DNA of 64,000 nucleotides, taken from NCBI RefSeq assembly GCF_031769215.1, contig NW_026781965.1, positions 248,001-312,000 of the forward strand, given 5' to 3'. The DNA comes from Ylistrum balloti (lineage: Eukaryota). Below the pieces are notes generated by a model, which was not told the DNA's origin, made no database searches, and worked only from the letters and a program-made list of their open reading frames with translations. This document shows positions 60,901 to 64,000 of the stretch, piece by piece. Both the position numbers and the translations under genes were made by a program. Each line of letters begins with the position of its first letter. Positions within the stretch are counted from its first letter, which is position 1.

Positions 60901-63900
60901 ATATCTTGTTTTATCTCTTAATGGAAAGACTTCAAGGTAGATACTGATATTTAGAACTATTCCAGTACAAGATTTATTCCTCCTGCAAGGTTATAGCTTA
61001 GTTTAGATTGTCTCAATATTATTCATGCTGTGTTCTTCCTCTTGACTAATGTGGACATTTTTTGCAAAATTTGCAAAATTAATCTAAACCAGAAAGAAAA
61101 ACATAAATGGCTGTTGTATGGTCTAGTCTAGAACTACAATGAATTATAAGAAAACGATGTCATATTCAGTAATCAACCAATTTCAGTAAACAAAAGATAG
61201 GGCTTTTTTGTCACATTTGTTACATTTGTTCCAGAATTGCTTTAAGTGTACATACAATTTGTTTTTGTACAGGTGACTGGAGAATTATCAAACAATGGAC
61301 AGCCAATGCGTCGTTTCATGCAGACCTTTGTTCTTGCTCCTCAATCTCCTAAGAAGTATTATGTCCACAATGACATCTTTCGTTACCAGGATGAGGTTTT
61401 CCATGACAATGACACGGACACAGAAAACCAAGATGAAGGTATTTTAATATGAAAACAGCACATTATCCAAACCAAATGTAACCCTGAACTTTTCTAAGGT
61501 TCTATTAGTTGAGCTTAAGACTAGCATAAGACAAGCTTTTCTTTGTAATTGATCAGCTTCATGTAGAGACTATTCAACACCAGTTTATATAGTTATAGCA
61601 TCAATTATAGATTCTTTTGAGTTTTACAAATATTCTCTGTTTTGTTGTAGATTCTGATGTAGAAAATGTGGACTCCAACCCTTCTTCTGTGCAGGAAGTG
61701 GTCCCGGACCAGAGCATAGCCACATACTATAGCGAACCCCCATCTGCTCTGAGGTTGGTGTCTACCTCAAGTACAGATTTCCAGCTGGAGTCACAAATTG
61801 AGTAGGGATAAAAATACTTATGCTTTGAATAATACATCTGTATATGCATTATGTTAATCCTATGTTACATGCCCATTGCATAGCAGTGCTTGCCAAACAC
61901 TGAAAATCTTTACAGGACATTAAGTCAGGTAAATTGAACTGAGAAAGTTCCTTGTATAAATTGTAATTTAATTCATGATACTTTAACTGTGAAAGCTTCT
62001 TGACTTGACATCACTCAACAAAGAACAAAAATGTTGTTACAAGTACTAAATTTTATACACATGACCGCAATATCACTTAACTGGCTTTAGCTTTTACGAC
62101 ACCATGATCACAACTATATACAGCCTATTATGCAAACAACAGTTTGAATAGTCAATAAGAACTATATATAAGAAGGTAGTGTTTTAGGTCCCCAGTCTTA
62201 CTGCGATATATGTGGACTTCAAGCACTGAAAATTAAAGTTGTCAATGTGTTTTGATTAAAAAAAGGTTCATGCTGCTCAAAAACAATCAGAGCACAACCA
62301 AATGTTTGGTCCAATGTTACCACATACTTTTACCGGACCAATCTAAATTTTACCGCACTTGTCTGATGGTCCGGCGTAGTTTGGCAAACACTACTGATTG
62401 ATAATATGTGAAGGGGTGGAGTTTTTTTACTGGAGAAAAGCTTTGATTTCATTAGGGCATTTTAAGGCCAAAAAGAGGGAGTGGTCTTATTGCCAGGCAA
62501 CTCCCCAATGTACAGGAGATGGTCAATAGTAGGCAAGGATTTAGTGCTAGACAGACATTTTTTTTATTGATTTTTTCACTGTTAGCATGTATCATATTTC
62601 TGTTTTTCAAGATTGATTCTTGCATGATACCATTCTTGTATTCAAATATTATGCTATCATACTAGTATCAAGTTTGAAGGATATGCAATGACAATATGTA
62701 CAGAGTTTTAGGGACTTTTAAATAGCAAGGCAGATTGTGAAAATGCAATTTTAAACGTGATTTGTAATTTTGTGTGTATGAATGTTTCTCATAGTAATGG
62801 CACTGCACATCTGGAAGAACGTGTAGACTCTGCCTCACAGAAGTCCGAGGAGGAGGAAGAAGAGCTTAAACAAGAGGAGGAAGCTGAGCTAACTGAGGAA
62901 ATATTCCAGGATAAGGTGGAAGAACAAACTTCAGTAGAGCCAGAGCCCCAGGAACCTGAAGAACCAGCACATCTGGAAACACAGTTCACAGAAGGTACTA
63001 TTACATTTCTTTTTTTTTATTTAGGTATAATTTATCTGGCATATAAGTGCAGAACAAGATGTTAGCATTACTTTTCCAGTTCCAGCAGTGTCAACATTAC
63101 TATTAAACTCAAAATTGTTGATAATTACAGGTACTATTAATACCAAACCTACTTTATAATTGTATTCCATGTACATAAATTAATCTATCGAACTCTTTCA
63201 ACATTTTGAATTCACTTACAGAACCAAAGAGTTTGTCCTGGGCTGCTATGGCTGGGAAGAAGGCAAACAGCACCAGTTCATCCACAGTTCCCCCATCCAT
63301 GCCTCCAGCACCATCTGTCACATACAAAGCTCCACCTACACAAGGTTTCCCAAAGATTGAGGCAAAACAGGATTCTACTGCTCCTACAGGTGCCCCACAG
63401 CCACAGAGAGCACCAAGGTAAGTTGTTTCAGGCTGTCATCAATTAATTACAATTAATCTATCAGTCTCTCCATATCTGTCACTCACTATTTTGTTTTGTA
63501 ATCTTCTTAAGGTAGCAACAGATTTTTCATTCAGTGTTTATAAAAGATATTTTCATTACTGCAGACAACAGCGGGGTGACCGTTTCCGTGATCGAGATCG
63601 TTTTGGGCGTGGTGAGGGTGATGGAGATGCAGACAGCCAGGGTGGCCGACGAGGAGGCTCCATGGGTGGAGGTGCTTCACGACACCCAGACAGCCATCAG
63701 CTGTTTGTTGGAAATCTTCCACACAATATCACAGAAAAAGAATTGGTTGATTTCTTCACTGGTATGCATCTTCTCTAGTTTAAATTTTAAAAGTGAAGTC
63801 TTTGAAGATTTTGTTTATATTCAATATTTATGGTTTAGATGACAGTTTAAATATGAATTTTATTGTCTTCTTTTAATGCAGTAAAGAGAAGGTGGCCAAA

Positions 63901-63985
63901 TTATGTATTTAATTGTCTCTTTGCAGGATATGGTACTGTTGTGGAATTGAGAATAAATACCAAGGGTAGTGGTGGTAAATTGCCT
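57922..63985 (+). CDS. G3BP: Ras GTPase-activating protein-binding protein (G3BP/Rasputin): NTF2-like domain, acidic region, start of RRM; continues beyond the right edge
   Basis: Exons 57922-58016, 59940-60021, 60752-60853, 61273-61438, 61651-61753, 62795-62994, 63222-63417, 63565-63761, 63927-63985; phases are consistent. Motifs: [68 protein letters not shown]. Confidence 0.96.
58330..58510. mobile_element. Partial MITE-like relic
   Basis: Internal AATTGGGAAA repeats and a terminal gagagccctg (CAGGGCTCTC on the minus strand, a hAT-MITE-type end). The other end is not evident. Confidence 0.3.
61884..62393. mobile_element. MITE with ~15 bp terminal inverted repeats (hAT-like CAGTG ends)
   Basis: CAGTGCTTGCCAAAC at 61884 versus GTTTGGCAAACACTA ending at 62393 (13/15 complementary). 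No clear target-site duplication. Confidence 0.45.
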
Positions 63986-64000
63986 GTAAGTATTAGCAGG

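Noticed and set aside
139-64000. Remaining 60-120 aa ORFs in the supplied track
   Set aside because: They are either read-through fragments of the exons above, antisense shadows of them, or AT-rich intronic ORFs with no support.

Overview
AT-rich, intron-rich animal genomic DNA. A bivalve mollusc (oyster-like) origin is inferred from the repeat families; this was not database-checked. Hand-spliced gene models with phase-consistent GT-AG junctions give five genes. (1) KATNIP/KIAA0556, 5' part, minus strand, 373-6217, runs off the left edge. (2) TSEN54, complete, plus strand, 6655-15246, head-to-head with KATNIP. (3) flightless-I (FLII), complete, 35 exons, 1242 aa, minus strand, 17741-40733. 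(4) An unrecognised minus-strand gene starting at ATG 55416. (5) G3BP, 5' part, plus strand, from 57922 off the right edge. The most striking structure is in the unrecognised gene: a constant 4-exon N-terminus (114 codons + 2 nt) is followed by 5-8 regularly spaced candidate alternative terminal exons (45594-48273). All start in phase 2 and close with their own stop, and several share a [DE]-x-[VAT]-Y-[PK]-[ILV]-[LIF]-[HY]-P-like motif. A second recurring pattern is that several intronic tandem repeats start at, and copy, the exon end and 5' splice site. The window also holds a 2.5 kb two-length (33/42 bp) minisatellite, a candidate small spliced ORF divergent from FLII, and non-autonomous Helentron-like and MITE relics. 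There is no rRNA, intact tRNA or CRISPR array.
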